A stretch of 63,997 bases of DNA, counting the filler, from Hyphochytrium catenoides (Eukaryota > Protista > Hyphochytriomycota): NCBI GenBank assembly GCA_900088475.1. It is 6 parts of 6 records of this genome, joined end to end, with 100 filler letters (N's around TTAATTAATTAA, not from the genome) between each part and the next. Parts side by side here need not be neighbours in the genome. Positions count along the whole stretch, not along the records: positions 1 to 24,391 come from FLMG01002953.1; 5 more parts are not named here. One strand, 5' to 3'. Under the pieces are notes generated by a model that was not told where the DNA came from, did no database searches, and saw only the letters and a program-made list of their open reading frames with translations. Positions 1-12,198 of this stretch are shown here, piece by piece; the first letter of the stretch is position 1, and the number at the start of each line of letters is the position of its first letter. Both the position numbers and the translations under genes were made by a program.

Positions 1-346
1 TGATGATGATGACGATCTTACCGGTTGATTTATGAAAGGAGATTTACATGTTCAAAGAGACGAAAGCGTCATTTGCTTTCGCCAATAATAGCGGGCAATC
101 ATATCGTCACTCTTTTATCATCATGAAAAAATCTAACAATCGCAAGGAGGGTTGCTCAGCCATCTAAAACAAGGAACAAAAAATATTATCGCACTATCCT
201 GGATAGTCTCAGGAACTTGACTGATAGATGGCGAATAAAGAGCCCGATCGGGAATTCGTATCCCACGTGATTATCACGTGACGTTGCATGCAATTTGCAT
301 GCAAGTATGCGACTTATGATAAATTGCATGCAATTTCGAAACCCTG
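1..346. mobile_element. Right end of a probable hAT-like DNA transposon (subterminal palindromes and terminal repeat)
   Basis: AT-rich segment ending TTTCGAAACCCTG (reverse complement CAGGGTTTCGAAA; CAGGG termini are typical of hAT). Subterminal palindromes CACGTGATTATCACGTG (264-280), TGCATGCA x3 and AAATTGCATGCAATTT (321-336). An acidic ORF tail DDDDDLTG* ends at 28. The left end lies outside the window. Confidence 0.55.
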
Positions 347-1373
347 CTCAAAAGCTCCATTTATCCAGATTTTTCATTGGCCTCAGTAGGTCACTTCTCT
401 CGCACAGGCTGACGTCTAGAAGTTAGTTAAGCTCTGTCGAAGCTGCCTTTATTACTAGTACGCTGCATGGTGAGACCTCTTAATAGTCCTCGGACGGCCT
501 CTTGAACTCTTGTCAAGAAGATGGCTTGCAGCACACCCACGGTCTCCTCCAACTTGGCAGGCAACGGCCGGCCAAGAGCAACAGGTAATAGCCTCATGCA
601 CCTCGTGGGCTTTGCATGGGCTGGAGCGGATCAATAAAGGCAGGTCGTGGGCCGGCGGGCGACTCAGACATAAGATTTTCTTGCTTTCCCCAGAATTCTT
701 AGACGTCTAGGGGTAAAGTTAACAAAGAGTTAGTCGAAGATGATTTGCTTTCAGAAGCGAGGTTATAGAAAGACAATGAAGGAGGACGCTGACTGGCAGG
801 AACCGTCTCTCTGTTTCTGGCTCCTCGTCTGTCTGCAGCTCGCATTGCGTCTTGTCCTGTGCCTTCAACCTCATGGTTGTGACACGGCGATCTAGATCTG
901 ATCGCCTTGTAAGCCCCATCGTAAGTGAGATCGCTCGTCGTGGCTTGGCCGCGCTTCCTAGCTAATCGTATCTTCCAGAAGTCGGAGTTCACACTCAGCA
1001 GAGAATGATTTACTGTCATATATCAGATCTCTCTGTCTCTTAATCCTCTCTTTGCCGTCTCTACCTTCTGTTTATCGTCAGACATCCGTGTAGCCCGTTC
1101 GTCACTGAGATGAAGGAAGTGGATGGTGGATGGTTTGATATAAGGGTGGTTTTATGCAATGCCCGCTGGAGGCTGCCAGCCTTGGACAAAGCAGAAGATG
1201 CATGCACTCGTAATGGAAACGAGGGACGAAGAGAAGCTATGTGATCACCATGATGCAGTTGCCACCCAGGTCAGACAAGCTTGAGCCGAGGCTGACTTTT
1301 GCAGATGAAAGAGGTTCTTCATTTAAATAACTATAAACAATGCAATCTAGCCTGGGTCGCCACGCCGCCTCGC

Positions 1374-2210
1374 CTATAGCTCGACATCTCCTACAGCTGC
1401 GTTATCTTTCCTTTGTTCTACTGCAGTGTCTCTGATGCCCTTGGCGTAATAAATGCTGCTGTCGTCGTAAAGTGACGCCTTCCTGCTCCGCATCGTCAGA
1501 AAGCATGGCTTCTGGATGGACGCTAGCATCTTCATAGAGTTTGTATAGCCTAGGGTCTGCGTGGACATCTCATTGATGGCCACAAGAACATCTCCAACTG
1601 CAGCAAGCTCCATTCCCTTGTGTGCCACCAGACTGGTCAACCTCGTTATCTCAGGCAATCTTAGTGTTCCTTTTCTGAACTGTATCCCTAAGTCTAGAAC
1701 AGAGTAACGCCATAAGATGACGTAGATCTCCGAGTTGAGAATAGGCGCTGGCTTCAGCGTCTTGTGGATGCGGAAGACCTTTCTGAACCGTAGAGTCACA
1801 GGCTTGGGAACGGACGTCATGATCTCCATGGCTCTCTCATAAGTAAGGACTTGGACATCGATGTTGTTGANNNNNNNNNNNNNNNNNNNNNNNNNNNNNN
1901 NNNNNNNNNNNNNNNNNNCTCTGACTAACGCCAATCCTAACGATCCTCCTGCCCACACAACTTCATATTCGTCAACTCCAAGTACGTGCTTGTAGTGCTG
2001 AGTGTTGAACTGGATGTCGTGGCCATTCCGCGAGCCTTTGCGGACCAGAGAAGGCTTAGCGGCTTCATGGGCAGCTTGGACCTGAGGGTGTGGAATAGAG
2101 CCTGATCGCTCTCTCCCTATGTCTTTCTCTTTGGATCCGTCCTGCCCAGTGCTAGAAACGCCTTTCTGTCGCTGAATTATCGGTTCCAGATCCTGTGCAA
2201 GTGATGTCAT
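1374..2210 (-). CDS. Tandem PDZ-like domain protein (internal N gap 1871-1918)
   Basis: YEVVWAGGSLGLALV...LTYERAMEIMTSVPKPVTLRF followed by a second unit LDLGIQF...AVGDVLVAINEMSTQTLGYTNSMKMLASIQKPCFLTM, matching the PDZ GLGF-like and GD-x-L-xx-IN motifs. Confidence 0.75.
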   Translation of the reverse strand: MTSLAQDLEPIIQRQKGVSSTGQDGSKEKDIGRERSGSIPHPQVQAAHEAAKPSLVRKGSRNGHDIQFNTQHYKHVLGVDEYEVVWAGGSLGLALVRXXXXXXXXXXXXXXXXXNNIDVQVLTYERAMEIMTSVPKPVTLRFRKVFRIHKTLKPAPILNSEIYVILWRYSVLDLGIQFRKGTLRLPEITRLTSLVAHKGMELAAVGDVLVAINEMSTQTLGYTNSMKMLASIQKPCFLTMRSRKASLYDDSSIYYAKGIRDTAVEQRKDNAAVGDVEL

Positions 2211-2698
2211 TGTCCCTATTAATACTGCTAATCCGCTTTACCGAGTGCCGGCAGCCTGATGTAAGCCTTCTTGGTGCCGGGGCCAGCTGGCCTTAGGCGG
2301 GTGTCTTGATTGATAGTGATCAGCCGGCCCCTACTAGCGATGCTCAAGGAAGACTACCTCGATGAAGCCCATACGAACCAGTCCATGGGGAGCCCATCCG
2401 TTCAGCTAAGCTTTGTTCCTTGAGGACGCACAGAGAGTGTCAAAGTTAACACTTTCCTACCACTTCCCGTTCCAAGCTCAAGACCCATCCACTTATCAAC
2501 TTGAACAAGGAAAGTTAAGTCACCGGAAAGAGAAGAATTTTCAATGCCTCCTGCGATGACGGGAGGTTGGAGAGGTGCTGCTGATATGTCTGTCAGTCAG
2601 TCTCAAGAATCTTATGCACTCTATTAACTGAGCTCAACGGTGCGAAGCAGCTGGTTCTACGGTCCTGATGAAGACGATTGCGGACGCTTCAAAGGATG

Positions 2699-2699
2699 N

Positions 2700-2731
<32 letters not shown>
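2699..2731. repeat. (GA)n microsatellite
   Basis: Direct reading of the sequence. Confidence 0.95.
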
Positions 2732-2735
<4 letters not shown>

Positions 2736-3979
2736 GTGCAGCCCCGTAGTCCGCAGGCAAGCATGCGGCATCACTAACTGTCAGGCGGAGGAGGTTACAC
2801 ATACAGACAGAGGAAGAAAGGAGCTTCCTATCTGTTGTCTTTCCCTCTGAACTCTGTGTCCCGGGGCTCTTTCTCTTTCTCTCTCGCTCTCTCGTAGCTT
2901 TCCTAGCCACTTTTTTATTCTGTCCATTTCTTGCTCTGTCTCGTCTCTGGAAATATTCCTGGTGCCCTCTGTCTCGTTCAGGGCCAAAAATACAGAAAGT
3001 CCATCCTCCTTTTCTTGTATGAAATGCTGCACATTTCCAGCCAGGACCCACCCACATACGTGTGGCAGGAAGGATCAGGCCAACACTGTAGTAGGCCCTT
3101 GCAAGCAAGATACAATGACACACCTTTAGGCGTTAATGCTGTCTATTACAAACGCCAGCAACACAACGCGTACAACAACGTACAAGAACTCACCCATGCA
3201 ACCATTACCTCGTTAGTTTCGGGTAGCTTTCGGGTAGAGCTTCCAGACCCCAGCCAATATCCATAACTCCATCAAGATAAAACCCAATAACCCACAAGTG
3301 ATACCCGGGTCTGCAACTTTCTCGTCTGGAGGTTACTACTACTCCACTATAGCGTGGGAATATAACTACAGGGGCGCGCCTAGTACTGCGCTGGCATCAA
3401 AAACTATTCTTCGAAATTCTCATGATGGAACTTGCAATTCTTCCGCAGCGAACCCAAAGATCCAAATCAAGGTCCTTCCTTGCCATTGGGCCCGTGTGAG
3501 AAGAAGCGTCCTGCATCATCTGATCAGCAGCAGCAAGCCCAAGAATCATCTTTGCCTGCTCGCTTGCCGGTCTTGCCGGCTGGCTGGCTAATCTATCTGG
3601 AGCTGCTCCTCCTCACAGTGGACAAGGGACAACCAGTGTAAACACCAAGCTGCACGCACTCCTGGTTCAAGCTGCACTCCTGGTTCAGCCGGAACTTACA
3701 CCCCACTTGTCCTCCGGCTCTATACGTCCGTCCTTCCTGCTCATCAGCTGCCATCTTCGCTGGACGGGCCGGTCTCGGGTGCGTACCACTCTCGCCGGAG
3801 GTAGGTCATCCTAACCACCTCCAATGTAGATACAGGAAAAACTGAGGATAGACGTACATTGAGAGTGCACATATGACCCCACCACCTCTAGCTGACCACC
3901 TCTTCTGTCCTCATGATGCGTTCTTTGCAGGGAGATATTTATCACACTTGACAAGCCCTACTTTTAACTTATTATAAAG

Positions 3980-4746
3980 ATGGTTTGGGGATTACAACGA
4001 GGATGCTCTATGCTTTTGGTTTCTCTCTTGCTGTACGTTCTGCTACTTATTACCGCCGAAGAGGTACTGGAGAAGAGCCTAACGGCATCAGAATGCCGGG
4101 ATCTCGGCTTCTTGAAGGACCGAGTTACTTATGATAGCTGCAAGGAGCTTGAGAAATATGTCATAGGCGATTCAGGTACCACTTCATGTACAGGAGAATG
4201 GCATGCTCACAAGCACTAATGACGCGTTGCTGGCCCTTTCCCTAGAGCTAATCAGCGAATGTTACTCCTGCGCGGATGAGGATGCGAAGTCAGAATTGGT
4301 AAGCGCATTGTCCTACGACTCCATTCTTGCAAAATCTAATTTAGCAACCTTATCACAGTACTCGCGCGCAGAGCTGCAGCTCAGTAGACCACATGCTTGG
4401 TCCAACCAAGAACTGCGGATTTTTATAAATGATCATGCCGACAAGTTTAAGAAGCTAAAAATTCAGGTACGCTTTCATTCCACGCTCATCATGGTACACT
4501 CTACCTGGCGGCCTAATACAACGGTCCCGGTGCTCAGTACATGCGAGACACGGAACCCACTTTGGTCTTTTGGAGTAAAGGCTCATCTGAGGTTGCTGAG
4601 AGAGTCAGGTAGGGGCAAGCCAAGCGAACCAACGCCTTACTTCAGCGTGATGACGTCTTGCTGATGTACTCTGCTCCCTCTACAGCGTCGGAGAATGGAA
4701 AGTCGATAGTCTAATGGAGTTCATCACCAAAAAGCTTAAGGCTTAA
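3980..4746 (+). CDS. SELENOF: Sep15/SELENOF-family ER thioredoxin-fold protein, 5 exons, lacking Sec/Cys at the active site
   Basis: Exons 3980-4175, 4246-4298, 4359-4466, 4538-4608 and 4686-4746 with in-phase GT-AG introns. Signal peptide, then ECRDLGF...SC...ECYSC, YSRAELQL...FINDHADKFKKLKIQYMRDTEPTLVF...ERVSVGEWKVDSLMEFITKKL, which follows the Sep15 architecture. Confidence 0.85.
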
Positions 4747-5858
4747 AACCTTGAGGGTCTATGACAGAAGTCAGCTTAATGCTGCGCTTACAAGCAAACC
4801 GTAGAGCCAGAGAAGGCTTGGTCCTTAGCCCAAATGAGTGACTGGAGAAGTAATTCTCTGCTCGGGCGTGTATAATAAGTCCTTGAAGAATGTTAATAGC
4901 GCAGTCAGAACCGAGCAGTATGACGAACACATAGATAATTAATGACGACAAACTTTAAAAAGAGGCACTATTTCTTGACGAGGAACGCCTTCACGCCAGA
5001 CGGACGTCATAGCGAAGTCCACACCAGCGAGTTTTAGTGAAGCACAGTCCTTATAGCCAATCGGCGATAGCAAAAGAGAGAGAAGGATATGGGCTCTAGA
5101 GGTGCTGATGTGTCACTGGTTACTGCAGCTTGCTCACAAGATCGGCGCGGTCGCACTCTGCACAAATTTACCCCTACGAGAGCCTTACACATTGCCTCTG
5201 CTATCTCTACAGCCCCGCTAGGCTCCTCCCTTAAGATCACCAATCCAGGTCTTTGTCTTACGGAACGTACGGACTCTAGGCAAGGACACGCACAACTTGG
5301 CCACATACCTCGCGTGTCTCTTCGATTGATAGAGCTTTACTATGCATATGCTGTAGGCAGCGCTGCATCCTCGCATCACGTTTTATAAGAAGGAAGCTCT
5401 CATGTCATCCCAGGTCTATGGGAAACAGAAGTATACCCGCTAACAGCTATCTAGAGAGAGAGGCAAGTGCTGTTTGTAAAGTCTTTCTTTCCCGCCAAAA
5501 GCGGCGCGGTTGACAGTGAGAGAACGCTTGTCCGCGGTGTTCTGCTGAAGCGAAGGGCGACTCTAGTAGGAGAGCGGGAGCAGGGACAGAGGCTCTGAGG
5601 CGCTGGGACAGCAGAGGATCAACCACTGTTGGCTGAGGGAGGTGGTGCTGAGCTGAGGCGAGAGCGGGTTTTAAGCAAAGGACTCGACAATCTTGTTACA
5701 TCGATTGAAAAAATCAGAGGGGTGGTGGTCCCTAGGAAAGAGAGAGTCTGAGCTCCGATTTCAATGTGTTCAGCACTCTGCAGACAGGGCTTTTCTACAT
5801 AAAAGCCGGTTGCAGGGACACTTTTGCTACAATAGTTAGTGAGCGCGGCATTGACGAA

Positions 5859-7930
5859 ATGGAAGGAACTGAACTTGGAGAGGATCCTCTGGCGCTTGAA
5901 TGGCCGTTAGACCTCAAAGTGGGAAGTGAGATTGAAACTCATCTCACATGCTCAATATGCTACGGGTACCTGCAAACCTGCGTCTCTCTTAACTGCGGGT
6001 AAGAAAACCAACTTCCCCCTTTGTCAGCCTAAGCTGGGGCCCCATTGACTATGGCATGGACCTAAGTCACTTGCTGCAGGCACAACTATTGCTCTCTTTG
6101 TATAAGGAGGACTTTAAGTTTTAAGTCGGAGTGTCCGACCTGCCGGAAACATGCAGCCCCGGGAGATCTTAGACCTAACCGAGCTCTCGACCGCATCGCG
6201 TCGCTCTTTGCAAAGTTAAAGAAAGTTCTTCTAGCAGCAGAAGATGACAACGAAGACGAAGTAGAAGAGCAAGAAGAGGCCAAAAGAAATGGGCGAAGTA
6301 AAGGGTCAAGACCGGAGCGAAGGCTTCCAACGACGTCCTATCGCCTTATGAAGGATAACAAGGTAACTCTAACGAGACTGATCAAGCCTCACCATTTATC
6401 TTACGGCTAGCTGTTCTTACAGCTGCGAGAGCTACTAAGAAGCCAAGGGTTGCCTGTAAATGGCGATAGGGAATCGCTTATATGGAGACATAAGGAGGTA
6501 AACAGTCCTGCTGAACCGTCTTCTCCTTTTGACATGAAATACCAGTATCAGTCCGTCTCTCTTCGACTCTTTCTCTCTCTCACTCTCTTTAACGTTGGCC
6601 ATTCCTCCTCGTTGTCACGTTGAGTCTCACTCACGCGATCGTCGTCTTTTAGTACGTGATGCTATATAACGCGGAGTGCGACAAGGAAGAAAGGATGCTC
6701 TGCAGTGAGATTGTGGAAGCAGTATTAAAGAGCGAGAAAGAAAGGAAAAAGAGCACCAAGCAACTTTCCAAGGACAAAGCGCTATTAGGAGTAAAGGACG
6801 GCTCCTGGGAGAAGGCTCTGGAGTCCGAAAAGCTGACATCCAACTTTGCAAAGCTTGCAGAGCAGGCACGGAAGAGCATGTCGAGAACTAGGAAGCGGCC
6901 ATGCCCTGCAAAGGAACCCGATGACGCTGGAAACGGCGAGGTGCCCGATGGCAAATCTGAACGCGAAGAAAGCAAAGCCGTATCTCCTCTTTCGTCACGA
7001 GCGGAGCCCTCTTCCAGTCTAGATGACCCTAACAGTGAATCACTTGAAGTAACAGAGAGAGTTGTCTACTCTGGCGTGCTAAAGCGCCCATTCCAGTATC
7101 GAGAAGGTGATTCGCCTCGCAAGGCAAAACAGCAGCGCAGACAGCTTGAAGCTTCGACAAGTGAACGAAGGAAGCTAGTCGATGCAGTGACTGAGTATGT
7201 CTCTGCAAACCTAGACTTCGCTGCTGAGGCTTTGGTGGAGGGAACGGTACTCGCCCTCGATGAGATGAGGACGTGGGTTCGAGTGAATCCTACTCAAGCA
7301 GCAGAGACGCTTATTCAGCGCGCCGCTGAAGGAGAAACAGAAACCGAGCCAAGAAGCAGTGCACTCTCTCCTTCAACAGCTCAAAAGGCCATGAGGATTG
7401 TAGAAGAAGTTTCAGGAAACTTGGACTTATCCGAGAAAGGCGTCATAAAGTCGAAGAGTAGGGACGGTACCAAAGCCAGAAGGGGGAAGACGTCGCTGCA
7501 GCTACCTCATTCTGAGCTGGATGAAAGTGGCGCTAATGCTAGTCTCCGTGAGGAAGATAGGAAAAGCTGCAATGAAAGAGAGAATGGAGAGAAAGGTTCG
7601 ACGACTAAAGCGGTCGTTGGCAGGGCAGAAGGAGAGACCATTATCCTAGACGAAGACGAACCAGAGGGCCCTCCATTCAGCTCCGAGAGCTCTCGAGACT
7701 CGAAGTCCGCGGCTTCTTCATCTTCGGCCTCTTATACTTCTCTTTTACAGACCACCGCTCAGGCCTCAGTTTTGCCTAGCACGTGGGCGTGTCCTCGCTG
7801 TACGTTGGAGAACAGCTCCATTGGCCGGAGTTGCATGGCCTGCGAGGCGCCAAACCCCAATGCAGTAGCCACAGTCAGAACTCGGCGACAAGTCCGACTG
7901 ACGGAAGTTGGCGTGACACCGGAGAGCTAG
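5859..7930 (+). CDS. RAD18: RAD18-like E3 ubiquitin ligase (RING + SAP + C-terminal RanBP2/NZF zinc finger), 4 exons
   Basis: Exons 5859-5998, 6080-6362, 6423-6497 and 6653-7930. C3HC4 RING CSICYGYL...CGHNYCSLCIRRTL...CPTC. SAP region LPTTSYRLMKDNKLRELLRSQGLPVNGDRESLIWRHKEYVMLYNAECD (RAD18 signature). C-terminal WACPRCTLEN...CMAC. Confidence 0.85.
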
Positions 7931-8041
7931 CAATAAAGACCAAGCCTTCAAAAGGGTGCTGAGAGAGTCAAGGAGGGGAGATTGATTTGATACGGCGGAA
8001 CGAAGAGCCGACAAAATACGGAAAATTTTTGCAAAGAGATA

Positions 8042-8880
8042 TTAGTCTCCTTCGACGCTCATTATAAGCCCGACGCGCTCTCGGACTGAGACTTCTTTGT
8101 CCCCATAAACAGCCGCCTGGAGCGAGAGAGCGCAGCTTTTCCACTGCTTATACAGTTCACAGTTGCCATTGTGAGTTCTGTGGCCCAGCATTCCGTCCGC
8201 TTTAATAACAGAAAACTTTCCCTCGTCCAGTCTGATCTCTTTCGTCGGGAAGTAGTCCTCCTCCTCAGATTGTAAGATAGGGCGTATCAGGCCAGCTGTG
8301 ACGTGAAACCTTCGCATCGCTTTGTCTCTCTGAGACTTAGCTTCCTCCCCTGTCACTACGACAGAGAGGCAAAAGTCTACATTGTGAAGCACAGCGTGGG
8401 TTGCTATCTGTGAAAGACCTCCTGTGAGCTCCTTGAAGCGGTAGTGGGCGGTAATGATCTCCTTCAGAAGCTCTTTCTTCGCGTAAAGCGTGGGCCTACC
8501 CATGGCAATTAGCTCCTCGTAAGCCCTGAGAATATTCTTAAACTCGCACGACATGGAGATAAACAGAGCGAACTCCGCATGCGGAAGGCCCTGAGGAGTA
8601 CGCTGGGCGAAGCGGTAGAGCTCCAGTCGCAGCCTTTCATAGGCTAAAAGGTCCTGATGCAGGAGGCAACAGGGAGTCGTCAGAGAAAGCAGGAGGAGAG
8701 AGAAAGGATCAAGAGAAAGACAGAGGCCCAAAGACCTAACCCTAAGCAGAAAGTGCAGACTATGAGAGTTACCTCCTCTACTATGTCATAGTGCAGCTGT
8801 TTAGTCACGGGCCCTATTGCCTTCAGACACCTTGTCAAGTTATTATCCGCGGAGTTGCCACGGGCCAGGACCCCTCCCAT
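8042..8880 (-). CDS. Hypothetical protein, 2 exons (8880-8773, 8653-8042)
   Basis: Long helical-looking ORF joined in phase to an upstream MGGVLARG exon through GAG|GTAACT...CATCAG|GAC. No recognised domain. Confidence 0.55.
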
Positions 8881-10315
8881 TGCCACTGTCTAACGCGGTG
8901 GCTTTAGTGCTCTGAAGTGTGGCGATCTAGGATATCCACCATCGAAGAAGAGGCAGTCCGGCGTTTTCTTCCGGATAGCATATGGGGTGATCTCCTAGGT
9001 AAGGCTGGCCCGATGTATTGCTGTGAGGCAGTAGGCCGCTGTCCGGTAACACCGTTGATTCGCTGAGGCACTGCTCTTGCTATTATTGAAAGAGCTCCAG
9101 CTTGAGCCACTGCCTCTATTTTGTCTCTGCTTGTGCTACACTTCCTGCTGGGCGACTGCTATACTATCCAGAATGACAGGCTGATGGAGAAGCCACGAGT
9201 TCTGACATAACAGAGGAACTGAAGTGCCTGGGTATCAAATGCAGGAGCCCTGGCATGTCTCACTTAGCCTTATAGGCCACTGAACAGCCTGTTAGCTAAC
9301 CTCTGACGGGGCTTGCCAGCCTCATAAAGCGGAGAGCGTGATGAGACCACTGCTACCACTGCCGCTGCCGCCGCGAGTGTGTGGACCCCTGGGAAAGCTG
9401 CAGACGAAGCGAAGAAAGAACGTTACAGGCCTTGCCTGCTCAAACACACTTCTGACACAGTAGACATGCAGTACAGTCCAGGAGTTAGAAGACAGACATG
9501 CCATACCCATGCATTAACACACGAAGCGACGCCGGAGTTGAAAGAAGTGAGTAAACTCCATCCAGTACCGTTTTACATGTTTAGTAGTTAGTTTCGGCTA
9601 CCTTCAGATCAACCAATCACTACTGTACCAAGGAATACATCTTACCCACCTCTATTTTGCTAGAAGCTCCGGTATTTTCGGCACCACTAGCTCAATAATG
9701 TTAATCGTCTACCTTTCTGTCTGTCTCTTGAGTCACTCTAGTTCTCCCCTCTTCCTCAACCTTCATTCATACTCTGCCTTCCTTCTCCTCCTCAGTGTCT
9801 TTCTCTCTCTTAAGTCTCCCTTTTCACTCAGCGCCATTCTCGCTTGCCAAGGTTATGAACGGAGCTAGAGGTCTGGTGTTGGTGTTGTTGAAGAGTGATG
9901 CTCAGAATAGGGAAAGTCTCTCTCACCTCCTCAGGCCGGGGCCACTAACAGATCAGACTGCTGGGTTCTTAATCAGCAGTAGCCTTGTGAAAGACGGAGC
10001 CCTTGTTCAATGAATCTCAGCTCATGCACTCGGCGTAGGATGACGCTGTGTCGCACTGTTTCTCAGTTGTACTTGACCATAAGCTGGCGGATGGCAGGAA
10101 TGGGGTCTGTGCAAGCACAAGGCTCTCGTCTGCCGCATACGAGTCCCCTGCTAGGACTTCTCCCTGTCCCATGCCTTGATCTTAGCATCCCCAGCCTTCG
10201 CTCTCACTTAGTAATAACGAGCGGTTGCGGGAAAGCAGAATGATGATAACCGCTTCTACCCGTCGACAACAATTAAGAAGCCAAAGCCGGAGCCATATTT
10301 CGAACGGTAAAGGAG

Positions 10316-12198
10316 TCAAAGTGCAACATGCTCAGGGAGGAGGGGAGAGAGACGTCCACAGAGCGCTGGGGTCGCGAGGTTGCGTCTAACATTCACTAGC
10401 TTTAGGTTGGGGCAGAATCTCTTGACGGATGGGGCAGCGAAGGTATTAAAGAGTAGCTCCACTCCGTCATTTGTCAAGTGGTTCTGAGATAGATTCAGTG
10501 TCTCCAGGGATTCGACGCCTCGTTGGTGCACGGTGTGCACTATGGACTTAGCTCCTTCATCGTTGATCGCATTTCCCTTCAAGTCCAAAGTCGTCACGCG
10601 GCAAGCGGCCATCGCCTGTAGTAATGCTGAGAGACTTTGACTGTCAATGAGGTTATACTGAAGGTGAAGACGCTGTAAATGACTGGCGTGTCCTGATTCC
10701 AGCCAAATACAAAGGGCCATTAGCCCTTGACGCCCAATGCGATTGTAAGCTAGGTTTAGGCTCTGGAGATGAGGGCAGGCTCCGTTGGCGAGTAGCCTGC
10801 TTAGAACAATAGCTCCTTTGTCACCTATTCCCTTGCAAGTCAAGTTGAGAAGCCGCTTATACTGCATCAAGTCCAAGTCAAATACTGACAATCCTGGCTG
10901 GATGCAAAAGGTAGGAGGAGTCTTTGCCTGGTATTTGTGGCCGCTCCCATGCCTGTTGTCGCTTGCTGAGGAACGGCGCCGACCTTGGTAAGGATCTAGC
11001 CCTGCAAGGACGGCAGGGAACAGAGCCTATATGTCACAAAGAAGCGGAATGTGAGAAGCAATAGGGGGAAGATGTATCGATGTAGCCTAATAAAGACAGA
11101 AGATATGACGCAAGAGGAAAGAACTCGAAGCCCAAGTAGTTCCTGCTGTACCTCTGCGTCTGGCTTAAGCCTAAGGACAAGGTCGTTGACAGTCTCCAAT
11201 GGTTGATCACTTTTGTCTGGCCCAGCAGCATCGCCGAACACTTCCTCTTTGCTCCTCACCACCCCTGCAATTGGCTCCGCCTTGTCACTGCTGCTCCTGC
11301 TGCCCCGCAGAACCAAGCTTTCCATGCTAGTGAGATGTCTGGCACATCGCCCGACTCCAAGCTGGGTGCCCAGTGCGTCTGCGTAATTGAGCGCTTGTAT
11401 GAGGGAATCTTGTTGTCTGGCAGACTCTTCCTTCAGCAGCCGCTCCTGAGCATAAATCTGCATCAAGCAGAAAAAGGAAATAGAGAAAGGTTAGCGGCTA
11501 TAAGCTGATACCTCTCTAGCACGTTTTTTCTGGAATATTATTGAAAGGGATAGCCTAAGACAGAGTTAGAGCTGCAACCCAGGCCCGTGGTTGCGCATTA
11601 TGGACGGTAGAACAAAGGATCATGGACTCTCCTTAGCGAGACGCCTCTAGTTAAAAAGGAGAACTGACAAGAAAACAACCTCGAGGCTTCTCTTCCTCTC
11701 CATATCTTGCTCGTTAAGTAGCACCATGGCAGCTGAATTCTCCTCCTCTCGGCGTCTGAGATTGTCCATGCGGAAGGCATGCAAAGTATCCGTCAGTACG
11801 TTCAGACGATGGCAGCGATCCACTAGCTCCACGTTGCGCTCCTCATGTTCTTTCCTTTTCTCTTTGATTAGGTTATCTTGCTCTTTCTCAAACATCACCC
11901 TCTGTCTTGTGAGCATCGCATTTTGCCTTCTTTCTCTTCTCTGTTGCGCCAATCTATCCTCTATGTCTTGGGCTCGTTGAGTCTGTTTTTTGGCTTCTTC
12001 CTCCTCTCTCCACTTTTGTACCGGTTCGGCCCGTAGCTGATACCGCTTCACAGCCCAGTTTTGCACGTCATCCCAAGCTGTCCTTTCTAGCTCGGCCAAC
12101 AGATCGGCGTCAGGATGAAGGCTGTCATGTGTGCTACTGCTATGCACGGAGCGAAGAGCCCTTTTTTGCCTTCCTAGTGATGAGGTTTCATCTGTCAT
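10316..12198 (-). CDS. Coiled-coil + RNI-like leucine-rich-repeat protein, multi-exon
   Basis: C-terminal LRRs LQSLNLAYNRIGRQG, LQRLHLQYNLIDSQS, VTTLDLKGNAINDEGA and LETLNLSQNHLTNDGV. The upstream E/R/K-rich exons (ORFs 11647-12198 and 10996-11466) splice in phase. Confidence 0.75.

Noticed and set aside
2279-2337. 11-bp stem followed by CTAG (Helitron end or ncRNA)
   Set aside because: Loop too long for a Helitron hairpin, no 5' end found and no SRP/snRNA motifs.
3646-3688. Short tandem CAAGCTGCAC..TCCTGGTT as a CRISPR-like array
   Set aside because: Only two adjacent copies with no spacers, in a eukaryotic context.
4761-4800. Possible SECIS in the Sep15 3' UTR (ATGA...AA hairpin)
   Set aside because: Weak stem, no 3' GA for the kink-turn quartet and no in-frame TGA to recode.
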